IMG/VR virus record: IMGVR_UViG_3300031746_000028
Coordinates: 1-51,966 of that record
Source: a virus
Lineage: Duplodnaviria; Caudoviricetes
DNA: 51,966 nt
Direction: 5' to 3' (one strand)
This document shows, piece after piece, positions 1-9,045 of this stretch. The first letter of the stretch is position 1; the number at the start of each line of letters is the position of its first letter. A program made the position numbers and the translations under genes. Below the pieces are notes generated by a model. It was not told the DNA's origin, made no database searches, and saw only the letters and a list, made by a program, of their open reading frames with translations.

Positions 1-206
1 CCCTGAACCTCCATGGCTGCGTGGGTCTGACCGCCCTTCCCGAGGGCCTGACGGTCGGAGGCTACCTGTGCCTCGATGGCTGCGTGGGTCTGACCGCCCT
101 TCCCGAGGACCTGACGGTCGGAGGCTCCCTGAACCTCCATGGCTGCGTGGGTCTGACCGCCCATTCCCGAGGGCCTGACGGTCGGAGGAGACGTGTGCCT
201 GCCTGA
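1..206 (+). CDS. C-terminal part of the LRR protein that starts at 51291 (wraps the window ends); last repeat is frameshifted
   Basis: Repeat LTVGGxLxLxGCVGLTALPE; extra A in gccc(a)ttccc at ~163 shifts the frame; the original frame would end GGDVCLPEQLQCRMK at TAG 229-231. Confidence 0.8.
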   Translation, partial: LNLHGCVGLTALPEGLTVGGYLCLDGCVGLTALPEDLTVGGSLNLHGCVGLTAHSRGPDGRRRRVPA

Positions 207-588
207 ACAGCTGCAATGCCGGATGAAATAGTCTCTCGCCGCAGCGCACATTGAGACGATGAGCTTTGCCGCCGGGCGGTCCACGATGTGTCTCGGTCCT
301 CGACTCGGCACGGGAAACCAACGATCTGCACAGGTTGGATGGTGGACCAGTCGGCCCGGCGGCGCTGTTTTCGGGGAGCATGGGCCTATGGACACTGACA
401 GCGATGGTTGAACGCCTGGTGGGGGAGATCGTCAGAGGAGCCCATCAACTGCTGCAAAGCGCCATAGCCGATGGGGAGCAGCAGCGACTGCAGTTCGCAT
501 CGTAGCAGCGATCGCGTGATGCACCAACCCACGGGGTCCGGGCGGGAGCAGCAGATGTCAACCAACGCCCGGACCCCAGGAGATACCC

Positions 589-741
589 ATGAGCACGATG
601 CCCGCGGCCGTAACCACGCTGCGTCAGACCGTCAAGCTCTTGGCCAAGCCAGGGGACTCTGGCCGGGTCATCACTCAGCGCAAGCGCCGACAGGCCGAGC
701 TCTTCCAGCGGCGCCTCCGCGAGCGGGGGGTGCTGCGGTGA
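589..741 (+). CDS. Small basic hypothetical protein (MSTMPAAVTT...)
   Basis: AGGAG RBS at 578-582; stop overlaps next GTG (GTGA). Confidence 0.55.
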   Translation: MSTMPAAVTTLRQTVKLLAKPGDSGRVITQRKRRQAELFQRRLRERGVLR

Positions 742-1199
742 GCAAGCCCGCCAGCCGCAACAGCCGCGCCAAGAGCGTCGAGCGCAAGGTCCAGCAGTAC
801 CTCTGGCCCGGCTCCCGCTTCGCCGGCGGCGCCCACCGTCCGGCCCTGGAGCACGAGGATCTCCGCGGCGAGGACCGCGACGGCCGTGAACTGTGGGGTG
901 AGGTGAAGAACTGGACGCCGGACCTGGTGCAGAATGGCGGCGGGGTTTGGGCGGTGCTGGCCAGGGCCTACGGGCAGTGCTGGGATGCCATTCTGAGGGC
1001 TCCTAATGGACCGACGAGTGACGAGCCGCGCCCATTCGCGGTCCTGTGGCCGGTGGGCTCCGTCAAGGAGACGCAGCGCCTGGTCATGTACTGCTTCCCG
1101 GTGGTGGGGCTGGCGATAGTGACGCTGGCGGAGTTCAAGCGGCAAGTCGTAGGAGGGCCGACATTCAGCGAGGAGGGTGAGACCGATGACAGCGACTGA
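738..1199 (+). CDS. PD-(D/E)XK nuclease, Holliday-junction-resolvase-like
   Basis: N-terminal SRAKSVERKV helix, EDLRG...WGEVKNW (D...ExK) pattern. Confidence 0.6.
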   Translation: MSKPASRNSRAKSVERKVQQYLWPGSRFAGGAHRPALEHEDLRGEDRDGRELWGEVKNWTPDLVQNGGGVWAVLARAYGQCWDAILRAPNGPTSDEPRPFAVLWPVGSVKETQRLVMYCFPVVGLAIVTLAEFKRQVVGGPTFSEEGETDDSD

Positions 1200-1518
1200 C
1201 TTGCGGATGATCCTGAACCCTGACGAGCAGGTGCGCGGAGGGGCCGTCGCAGGGGTGAATCCCATCGGCGGCTACCTTGACCTGGAACTGACTAACGACG
1301 TGGCTAACGTGCAGATCACGGGGACCCTGCGGCACCACGGCCCGGAGCTGGTCAGGCTGCTGGATGACATGTCAATGTCACTGCACCTCGCTCTGGCTCG
1401 GGACTGCCTGAACTGCCGGGAGCAGGCCTGGGAAGAGCGCTTCCAGCGGGACTGCGCGAAGCTCGTCAGCGAGTGCGAGCTGGCCGTGGATATGCGAATC
1501 GAGGCGCGCGTCGGATGA
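1186..1518 (+). CDS. Hypothetical protein
   Basis: GGAGG RBS, coupled to neighbours. Confidence 0.6.
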   Translation: MTATDLRMILNPDEQVRGGAVAGVNPIGGYLDLELTNDVANVQITGTLRHHGPELVRLLDDMSMSLHLALARDCLNCREQAWEERFQRDCAKLVSECELAVDMRIEARVG

Positions 1519-2336
1519 GTGCCGCCGCCGAGTTCACGACCGCTGACGTGGACCTCGACGCCATGGCCGAGGGGCTCCTGCATACCTACCACGAGAGCAG
1601 TCCCTGCCTCGGGCCGTCGAAGATCAACGCCTACCTGTCCTGCCCGCGCAAGTACGAGTACCAGTACATCGAGAAGGTGCGCCGCCCCAGGCCAGCCGCC
1701 GCGACCGTGGGCTCGGTAGTCCATGCCGTCGTCGAGCACAGCCACCGGGCCCACTGGTCGCCGGCGAACACCGAAGACGCCGCCGAGCTGCTGACGGCGC
1801 TGTGGAACGCCGTCAAGGCGGAGACCGAAGACCCCCACGACTACGAAGCCGACAAGGCCATGCGCGACGCCCGCGACATCTGGCTGCCCTGGTACCTGAT
1901 CTGGTGCCGGGGCACCGTGGACATCGCCGTGGAGGAGACCTGGAAGCTGCCAGTGGCCGGCTCCGGCCTCGTGCTGCAGGGGACCATCGACCGCATCTAC
2001 CTGCAGCACGGCATGACCGTCGTGTCGGACATCAAGACCGGGAAGCGCATCCCGTCCGGGCTGAGCCTGGCCAATGACCTGCAGCTCACGCTGTACTCGT
2101 GGGCGGCGCGACAGATGGGCCTGGAGGAGGACACCCTGGAGATCGTGGCCATGCGCAGCCAGGGATCGGTGATGACGACGCGGACGGACAGCTACATCGC
2201 GGCGGTGCTGGAGCAGACGGTGTTGCCGGTGCATGAGCAGATCATGGCCGGGCGGTTCCCTGCGAACGTGAACAGCCAGTTCGGGTGCAGTTGGTGCAGC
2301 TATCACACCCTCTGCCCGGTGGGCAGAGGCAGTTAG
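1515..2336 (+). CDS. RecB/Cas4-like PD-(D/E)XK exonuclease
   Basis: PSKINAYLSCPRKY, GSVVHAVVE, GTIDRI...DIKTG, QLTLY, C-terminal CSWCSYHTLC. Confidence 0.85.
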   Translation: MSAAAEFTTADVDLDAMAEGLLHTYHESSPCLGPSKINAYLSCPRKYEYQYIEKVRRPRPAAATVGSVVHAVVEHSHRAHWSPANTEDAAELLTALWNAVKAETEDPHDYEADKAMRDARDIWLPWYLIWCRGTVDIAVEETWKLPVAGSGLVLQGTIDRIYLQHGMTVVSDIKTGKRIPSGLSLANDLQLTLYSWAARQMGLEEDTLEIVAMRSQGSVMTTRTDSYIAAVLEQTVLPVHEQIMAGRFPANVNSQFGCSWCSYHTLCPVGRGS

Positions 2337-2348
2337 GGAGGGTATGAC

Positions 2349-3488
2349 ATGCCGATCAGAGGGTTCCTCAGACAGCGCCTGCCGCGGCTCGGGAAGATCC
2401 ACCTCGGCGAGCGGGTCATCTCAGCGAAGACCGGGAACGAGTACCCCAATGACCTGTTCCACTTCCGCGTCCCCGAGGAGGTCGCCGCCGTCTACGGCGA
2501 GACGCCGGCCTCCCTGGACATCATGGTCCCCACGCCGCGGATCGAGGAGTGGTTCCCGTTGAGCCTCAAGCGCTACCAGGGCGAGAACAAGCTGACCTGC
2601 CGCGGTGACGGCGAGTTGGCCCACTGCTACAACGAGGAGGCCGGCGGCTGGCTGGAGCAGCCGTGCCTCTACAAAGAGTGCGAGTTCTGGCTGGCCAAGA
2701 AGTGCGCCGAGATCGGGACGCTGATGATCGTGCTCCCCGAAGTGAACATGAACGGGGGCATCTACCAGATCGACACCAAGAGTTGGTACGGCATCAACGC
2801 CGTCTACAGCGCCTTCGAGGCATTCCTCAACCTGGTGGTGAGCGTCACCGGGGAACCCCGCGTGGTGACCGGCGCCGTCTTCAAGTTGACCCGCGAGCTG
2901 CAGACCCTCCAGGTGCAGGAGGGTGGCAAGCGGATGACGCGGGAGAAGTACATCCTGAACCTGCGGCCCCCGGCGCTCACGATCACCGACCTGATGGACC
3001 TGGCCGCGAAGTACCGCGGGGCCCCGGCGTCCGGGATGCTTATGCCGAAGGCGGAGGCCGACGACGGGGAGCAGGTGACCGACGCGGAGTTCTCGGAGGT
3101 CGAACTGCCCGACCCCGAGGAGGATCCGCCGGCCGACCTGGTTCCCAATGGCGCGCCGGTCGGGCCGGACCTCGGCCAGAAGGCAGCTTGGGCCGCCCTG
3201 ATCGCCCAGGTGCAGGGGATGGGCAAGGAGACCGCCGCGGTCACGAAGAGCGTGCTCAGCATCATCGGCGCGAAGGACGCCAAGGAGTTCGGCGACCTGG
3301 CCGGTGAGACGGAAGCCGCGGCGGCGCTGGACCAACTGGCCAGCATGTGCAAGGCATGGCAGGAGCAGGGAAATGGCCAGGGAGTTCAGGCGCCGGCGGC
3401 GACGGGCAATGGCGAGCCCGCCCCAGCGGCACAGCCGACACCGGCCGCCGCGAAGAAGAAGGCCGCGAACCGGAATCTCCAGATATGA
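2349..3488 (+). CDS. Phage recombination protein, Gp3-like 'recombination directionality factor' family
   Basis: RLPRLGKIHLG start, LTCRGDG, Cys cluster PCLYKECEFWLAKKC, GIYQIDTKS; lies next to the exonuclease. Confidence 0.65.
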   Translation: MPIRGFLRQRLPRLGKIHLGERVISAKTGNEYPNDLFHFRVPEEVAAVYGETPASLDIMVPTPRIEEWFPLSLKRYQGENKLTCRGDGELAHCYNEEAGGWLEQPCLYKECEFWLAKKCAEIGTLMIVLPEVNMNGGIYQIDTKSWYGINAVYSAFEAFLNLVVSVTGEPRVVTGAVFKLTRELQTLQVQEGGKRMTREKYILNLRPPALTITDLMDLAAKYRGAPASGMLMPKAEADDGEQVTDAEFSEVELPDPEEDPPADLVPNGAPVGPDLGQKAAWAALIAQVQGMGKETAAVTKSVLSIIGAKDAKEFGDLAGETEAAAALDQLASMCKAWQEQGNGQGVQAPAATGNGEPAPAAQPTPAAAKKKAANRNLQI

Positions 3489-3498
3489 GGTGGTCAGC

Positions 3499-4038
3499 GT
3501 GGTAGCCGAAACGGTTCAGCATCAGCAGACCGCCGAGTACGTGACGCGGACGGGTTGGCGCCTGTCAGACGACATTGCCAACCAGGTCGGTCAGTTTGCC
3601 GACAAGCTCGCTGCTCGGATTGGCCGACGGCCGGAGCCGTCGGAGTTGGTGACCGCAGCGAAGTCTGTGAGGTCACCAATCCACGACCTATTCGAGTGGG
3701 ACGATGCAAAGGCGGGGCACGCATTCCGGCTCTCCAGGGCGAAGCAACTGCTCGCCTCGTATCGGCTGAAAGGGAGCGACATTCCGTTCAACATGGTGCT
3801 CGATCCGTTGCCCTCTGAGACTTGGGGGGAGGATGGCAACAGCATCCGAAGGGTCACGCTGACGCAGGTCTTCTCCGATGACGAACTTGCACATCGGGCT
3901 AAGCTGACGGTCTTCCGGCGGGTCTACTTCTACCGATCCCAACTGGTCGAGTTTGCCGACGGGGACCCGATGATTGACGCAGTGGTGAAGGCGCTGGACA
4001 GGTGCGAAGAGGCATTCGACAAGATGCGCACGGTCTGA
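3499..4038 (+). CDS. Conserved phage hypothetical protein (SPIHDLFEWDD...AFRLSRAKQLL motif)
   Basis: GAGGTGG RBS before GTG; motif recalled from other phage proteins; lower GC than flanks. Confidence 0.6.
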   Translation: MVAETVQHQQTAEYVTRTGWRLSDDIANQVGQFADKLAARIGRRPEPSELVTAAKSVRSPIHDLFEWDDAKAGHAFRLSRAKQLLASYRLKGSDIPFNMVLDPLPSETWGEDGNSIRRVTLTQVFSDDELAHRAKLTVFRRVYFYRSQLVEFADGDPMIDAVVKALDRCEEAFDKMRTV

Positions 4039-4054
4039 TCAGTAGGAGGGTGAC

Positions 4055-6031
4055 ATGCTCAAGACGCTCGCAGTCAGGAACGTGCGGGGGGTCGTCTCGG
4101 CGGACGTCGCGCTTAGTGAACAGGTGACGCTGATCGTCGGACAGATGGGCGCCGGGAAGACCAGCATCGCCGCGGGCGTTGAGTACGCCCTGACCGGCAA
4201 CTGCGCCTGGACGGCCGCCGACGGCAAGGGCTTCGCCGGCCTGCTGCGTAACGGCTCCGCCGGCGCCGCCATCGAGGTCGAGACGGAGTTCGGCTCCGTC
4301 CTGCGCACCATCAGCGCCAAGCAGGCCTCGCTGGCCGTCGGCGACCGCAGTGGAAAGGAGGCGCAGGCGGTGCTGGACGCGGCCCTGCCGGCGCGCGACA
4401 TCCTGGCCGCCATGCTCCGCTCCGATGGTCTCACCGGCCTGCCGGCGAAGGGCCAGCAGGACCTGCTCTTTCAACTCGCCGGCGGTGAGGTCAACGGGCA
4501 ATGGTTCGCCGAGCGCCTAACGGCCGACGAGGCCGCGGCGGTCGAGATCCAGCTCTCCACCCGCCTGCGGGGCAGCGCCCTGGCCGACCACCTCTACGAT
4601 GCCGCCTATGCCATGCGCACCGAGGCCAACCGGACACTGAAGACGGCGCAGGCGCAACTGCAGGCAGCCAACGACGCCGGGTCTCCTGCCCACGGCAACT
4701 CCACCCGGATCGGCAACGACCTCAACGCCGCCCGGACGGAGTTGGCCACCGTCACCGAGCGCCTGGGCGGAGCCCGCGCCACCATCGCCGCGCACGAACG
4801 CGCGACCCAGCGGGTCAACGCGACCGAGGCGACGCTGGGCGAGCGCCGCAAGCAGGTCGAGACCCTGGGCGAGCAGCCCGAGGTCATGGGCCGCGAGGAG
4901 TTGCTGGCGCTGTTGGATGAACTGGCGACCAAAGAGGAAGCAACGGCCAGCCACAAGGAGCAGCACGACCAGGCGCGCGCCGAGCGGGACGCCCTCTGTA
5001 AGCAGGTGGCCAGCTTCAAGGCCCTGTCGGGCTGCGTCCTGTCCGGCGTTGACTGTCCCCTGAGCAGCGCCGATCGGGAGAAGGCCGTCGCCGCTGCGGA
5101 CAAGCAGGTGAAGCGGCTCACCGAGCAGATGGCCGCGGCGGAAACCGAACGGGAGCAGACTGACACTGAGGCCGACGCCCTGCGGGTGCGATGTCAGGCA
5201 GTGGGTGACGCCCAGGTGAAGTTCGAGCACTGGCAGGAGCGGCAGACGCTGCTGACGGCCAGCGTGGCCGACGCCGAGCAGGCCGCCGCCGCGGCGCTGG
5301 TTGACTACCAGGACTGCGGCACCGTCTCCCTGGCCGACCTGGAGCACAAGTCTGAGACGGTCAAGGGCCGGATCACGTCGATGGAACTGGACCTGCGGAC
5401 GGCCCAGGGCGCGGAGCAGGCGGCCGGTCGGCGGGCCGCACTGGAGAGTGACGTGGCTGCGGCCACGCAGCGCGCCGACCTGCTCGACTCCCTGGTGAAG
5501 AAGCTCAGCCCCGACGGGCTCCCCGCCCAGGCCATGCGCGAAACGGTCGGCGCCGTCCTCGCCGGCATCAACGAGGTACTCGCCGAGGTCTCCGAGTTCG
5601 TCCTCCATGCCGAGCCGGGCAAGGAGTTCAGCCTCCTGGTGGACACGCCGAAAGGCCGGGTGCTGGTGGCCGGGCTCAGCGAGGGCGAGACGCTGCTCTT
5701 CGGCGCCGCTGTCCAGGTGGCCCTGGCGAGGCTAACAGGCTTCGGCTTCATCATCGTGGACCGCACCAACGTGCTCGACGGCGAGCACCGCCGGGCCCTG
5801 GTGGGGATGCTGCTGGACAGCGGCGTCCAGGCCCTCGTGCTGGCGACGCCGAGCAACGGGAGTCGGCCGGTGGCGGAGGGGCTGAGCGTGTACGAGCTGG
5901 TGGATGGGAAGGCGGTCGCGGTGGGCGAGGAGGCGGAGGGCGATGCAGATACTGGACAGGGTCACCGGCAGAGTAATCTGGGAGGGGCTGCGCGGGACGA
6001 GGAGGCGAGGCATGATGGCAACGCTGACTGA
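4055..6031 (+). CDS. Rad50/SbcC-like SMC ATPase
   Basis: Walker A GQMGAGKTS, long coiled coil with central Cys pair (CVLSGVDCP), signature LSEGE, Walker B FIIVD. Confidence 0.85.
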   Translation: MLKTLAVRNVRGVVSADVALSEQVTLIVGQMGAGKTSIAAGVEYALTGNCAWTAADGKGFAGLLRNGSAGAAIEVETEFGSVLRTISAKQASLAVGDRSGKEAQAVLDAALPARDILAAMLRSDGLTGLPAKGQQDLLFQLAGGEVNGQWFAERLTADEAAAVEIQLSTRLRGSALADHLYDAAYAMRTEANRTLKTAQAQLQAANDAGSPAHGNSTRIGNDLNAARTELATVTERLGGARATIAAHERATQRVNATEATLGERRKQVETLGEQPEVMGREELLALLDELATKEEATASHKEQHDQARAERDALCKQVASFKALSGCVLSGVDCPLSSADREKAVAAADKQVKRLTEQMAAAETEREQTDTEADALRVRCQAVGDAQVKFEHWQERQTLLTASVADAEQAAAAALVDYQDCGTVSLADLEHKSETVKGRITSMELDLRTAQGAEQAAGRRAALESDVAAATQRADLLDSLVKKLSPDGLPAQAMRETVGAVLAGINEVLAEVSEFVLHAEPGKEFSLLVDTPKGRVLVAGLSEGETLLFGAAVQVALARLTGFGFIIVDRTNVLDGEHRRALVGMLLDSGVQALVLATPSNGSRPVAEGLSVYELVDGKAVAVGEEAEGDADTGQGHRQSNLGGAARDEEARHDGNAD

Positions 6032-6332
6032 GGAACTCCGGGAGAGGCTCAAGTATTGGTCCTACTCGGAAGCGAAGTGGATCATCGAGATGGTCGCCTC
6101 CCTCGAAGCCGAGGTCGCCCGGCTCCAGGCCCTCGTGATTACACAGGGGCAGCACAGCCTCGCGGACACCCCCGAGGCCCTGCCCGCTGACCCGGAGCCC
6201 GTGAAGCCGGTGACCACCTGCAGGTGCGGATACATGAGACGCATCTCAGATGAGCATCGGCCAGGGAACTATCGCTGGCAAAGCGACCGGCACCCCCGCC
6301 TGGCGGACGCGGGCGAGGAGGTGACAGCGTGA
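6012..6332 (+). CDS. Hypothetical protein
   Basis: ORF with RBS, GTGA coupling to next gene; start uncertain (5943 possible). Confidence 0.5.
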   Translation: MMATLTEELRERLKYWSYSEAKWIIEMVASLEAEVARLQALVITQGQHSLADTPEALPADPEPVKPVTTCRCGYMRRISDEHRPGNYRWQSDRHPRLADAGEEVTA

Positions 6333-6622
6333 GCCTCCTGTGGGTGACGCGGTTCGTGCCCGGAGAGAAGCAGGCGGTGCCCATGCTCGGCCGGCACCTC
6401 GGCTTCCGCTGGCGGGATGGCCTCGTGATCACCACCGCCTGCGGCCTGGAGTTGGTGAACTCGGCGAACGGCGACCCGGCGCTGCGCGAGTGGGCGGACA
6501 GCGACCTCCTGGTGGCGGTGAACCCGCCGGAGATGACGCTCTGCCCGGAGTGCCGGGAGCTGACGGTGCTGCAGGTGGATGACCTGTACGGGCAGTGGCT
6601 GCGAGGGGAGCCCCGCCGATGA
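6329..6622 (+). CDS. Hypothetical protein with possible Zn ligands (TACG...CPEC)
   Basis: GAGGAGG RBS; coupled ORF. Confidence 0.55.
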   Translation: MSLLWVTRFVPGEKQAVPMLGRHLGFRWRDGLVITTACGLELVNSANGDPALREWADSDLLVAVNPPEMTLCPECRELTVLQVDDLYGQWLRGEPRR

Positions 6623-8055
6623 CCGCCACCTGTGCAAAACCTGCTTATGATATAAGCACCGAACCGACACCCCTCTGGGCGCACCAGGCCGCCGCCGTCG
6701 AGCAACTCGCACCCCTCGGCTCCGGGATGCTGGCCATGGACATGGGGACCGGGAAAACGCGCTCTGCCCTGGAGCTGATCCGCCGGTGGCAGTGCAAGCG
6801 CGTCCTGATACTCTGCCCGAAGTCCGTCATCCGCGTCTGGCCGGCCGAGTTCCGGAAGCACCTGCCCGGAGAAGTCTGGTCCACCCTGCCGCTCGATGGC
6901 GGAACTGTGGCCGGCCGCGCCGCTGACATCCTGACCTACGCGGCAATGGCCCAGTGCGACGGCACACCACTCGCCGTGGTGCTGAACTACGACGTGGTGG
7001 CCAGGCCCCCGCTCGCCGCGAAGGACGGCGCCCGGGGGGCCCTGGCGTCCGTGGACTGGGACTGTCTGGTGCTCGACGAAGCCCATCGCGTCAAGGCCGT
7101 GAACGGACAGGCCTCGAAGGCCGTTGCCCAGCTCGCCGCCCGCATCCCGCACCGCCTCGCCCTCACCGGCACCCCCATGCCTCACTCGCCTCTGGACATC
7201 TACGCCCAGTTCCGGGCCATCGAGCCGAGGGTCTTCGGCTACCGCTTCGCCGCCTTCAAGGACCGCTACGCCGTCACCAAGGCCCGGCGCCTGAGGACCG
7301 GCCGCGAGTACAAGAAAATCGTCTCCTACCAGCACCTCGACGAGTTGCAGGCCAAGCTGGCGCCGCGCACTTTCCGCGTCAGCAGCGATGACGTGCTCGA
7401 CCTCCCGGAGACCGTGGACGAGAACCGCTACGTGCTCCTTGAGCCCAAGGCCCAGCGTGTCTACCGGGACCTGGAGAAGCATCTGGTGGCGCGGATCGGC
7501 GAGGGTGTGGTCACTGCGGCGAACGCTCTCGCCGGGCTCATCAGGCTGGCGCAGGTCTGCAACGGCTTCGCCCCCGACGTGGCCAGCGGCGAGCAGATAC
7601 AGGTCGGCCACGAGAAGGACGAGGCCCTTGGCGAACTACTCGCCGACCTGTCCCAGGATGAACCTGTCGTCGCCTTCGGACGATTCCACCACGACCTGGA
7701 CAGCATTGAGCTTGTTGCTGCGGGCCAGAACCGGACCTGCTCTGAGCTGTCCGGCCGGTGCAACGAGCTGGCCGCCTGGCAGGCCGGGGAGACCAACGTC
7801 CTCGCCGTCCAGCTCAAGGCGGGAGGCCTCGGCGTTGACCTGACCAGGGCGAGGGTCCAGGTCTACTTCGCACTAGACTACTCCCTGGGCGACTACCTGC
7901 AGACGCGCAAGCGCATCCACCGGCCGGGCCAGACGCGATCGGTGACCTACATCCACCTGCTCGCCGCGGGGACCGTGGACGAAGACGTGATGGCGGCCCT
8001 GGCCAAGCGCCAGGAGGTCGTCGGCGCCGTCGTCGAGGGGCTGAAGAGGCGATGA
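6619..8055 (+). CDS. SNF2-family (DEAH) helicase
   Basis: DMGTGKT, LVLDEAH, LTGTP, GGLGVDLT, RIHRPGQ. Confidence 0.93.
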   Translation: MTATCAKPAYDISTEPTPLWAHQAAAVEQLAPLGSGMLAMDMGTGKTRSALELIRRWQCKRVLILCPKSVIRVWPAEFRKHLPGEVWSTLPLDGGTVAGRAADILTYAAMAQCDGTPLAVVLNYDVVARPPLAAKDGARGALASVDWDCLVLDEAHRVKAVNGQASKAVAQLAARIPHRLALTGTPMPHSPLDIYAQFRAIEPRVFGYRFAAFKDRYAVTKARRLRTGREYKKIVSYQHLDELQAKLAPRTFRVSSDDVLDLPETVDENRYVLLEPKAQRVYRDLEKHLVARIGEGVVTAANALAGLIRLAQVCNGFAPDVASGEQIQVGHEKDEALGELLADLSQDEPVVAFGRFHHDLDSIELVAAGQNRTCSELSGRCNELAAWQAGETNVLAVQLKAGGLGVDLTRARVQVYFALDYSLGDYLQTRKRIHRPGQTRSVTYIHLLAAGTVDEDVMAALAKRQEVVGAVVEGLKRR

Positions 8056-8076
8056 CCATGACAAGGAGGGTGCCCC

Positions 8077-8286
8077 ATGGCCGCTAAGACCTGCCCGCTC
8101 AGGATGATCGCCGGCATCGTCAGCCAGATGGCAGAGCACGGCGAGTATGACACGAGCATCATGCGTTGCCTTGAGGATGATTGCGCCTGGTGGAGAGCCT
8201 GGGACTATACCGGGCAGGTTGGTTCCCGGTGTCAGGGCGGAGAGTGTGCCATGATCTCGATAGCGACCCTGGACGTAGGGCGATGA
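8077..8286 (+). CDS. Small Cys-rich hypothetical protein
   Basis: AGGAGG RBS; CPL...CLEDDCAWW...C pattern. Confidence 0.6.
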   Translation: MAAKTCPLRMIAGIVSQMAEHGEYDTSIMRCLEDDCAWWRAWDYTGQVGSRCQGGECAMISIATLDVGR

Positions 8287-8480
8287 CTGACTACGACTTC
8301 GAGGGCCGCGCCTATCTGTCCTATCCCGACCGCCTGGTCATCCTCGCGTTCGGGAAGCATGTTGGCACCGCCCTCCCTGATGTTCCCACCCACTACCTCA
8401 AGTGGATGCTCGACCAGGACTTCCCCAAAGACCTCGGCACTGCCGTCGCCGAGGAACTGAAAGCCAGAGGTGAGATGTGA
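8283..8480 (+). CDS. Small protein with FGKH..G...VPTHYLKWML domain (DUF3820/exonuclease X C-terminal-like)
   Basis: Motif FGKHVGTALPDVPTHYLKWML. Confidence 0.7.
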   Translation: MTDYDFEGRAYLSYPDRLVILAFGKHVGTALPDVPTHYLKWMLDQDFPKDLGTAVAEELKARGEM

Positions 8481-9019
8481 TGGCCAAGCGCGTGACCTGG
8501 AAAGAGCCCAAGTCGAAGATCTTCACCCAGACGTTGAAGGATGACCTGCTCGCCGAGATCGGCGAAGAGTTGATCGAAGCCCGCTTCGCCAACCTCAAGG
8601 ACGCGAAGATCGACTACCTGATGAAGACCCGCCGGAACGAAGCCACCGACAAGACCGTCGAGCCCCGCGTCGGGGAGGCCATGGGCAGCGCCAAGGCAGC
8701 GTCGGCACTCGACCGGATGCTGCACCACTGGGACTTCCGCCTCCTCGTCAGCGGCAACTGGTGGGCGAAGCTCAATGCGCAGCAACGCCGGGCCCTGCTC
8801 TTCCACCAGCTCTGCCACTGCTTCATGGCCGAGGGGAAGCCCCGCCTACAGCGCCACGAGTTCGACGGGTTCCTGTCCGAGCTGCGGCACTTCGGGCCCT
8901 GGGCCAGCCCCCTGAAGGAAGCCCAGGCGGCGCTCCTACAGCAGTCCCTAGAGTTCGCTGAGGAGGCGGACGGAGAGAAGCCAGCGGTTGAGCCGGAGCC
9001 CGCAACGCTCGGCGTGTAG
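8477..9019 (+). CDS. Putative phage metallopeptidase-family protein (HExxH degenerate as HQLCH)
   Basis: LKDAKIDYL, WWAKLNAQQRRALLFHQLCHC, RHEFDGF. Confidence 0.7.
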   Translation: MMAKRVTWKEPKSKIFTQTLKDDLLAEIGEELIEARFANLKDAKIDYLMKTRRNEATDKTVEPRVGEAMGSAKAASALDRMLHHWDFRLLVSGNWWAKLNAQQRRALLFHQLCHCFMAEGKPRLQRHEFDGFLSELRHFGPWASPLKEAQAALLQQSLEFAEEADGEKPAVEPEPATLGV

Positions 9020-9045
9020 CTGTCATCACACCAGGATGGTGTTTC

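Noticed and set aside
1-186. True terminal direct repeats of the virion DNA
   Set aside because: The overlap lies within a tandem coding repeat and is imperfect in 1-60; better explained as an assembly break in a circular or permuted genome
232-588. tRNA genes in this or other intergenic gaps
   Set aside because: No cloverleaf with a T-loop GTTCRA and matching acceptor stem found by eye
1515-2336. CRISPR-associated cas4
   Set aside because: No cas1/cas2 or array; the context is a phage recombination module
6645-6660. AT-rich palindrome gcttat-gat-ataagc at the helicase start as an operator
   Set aside because: Single short instance within coding sequence with no second copy noticed
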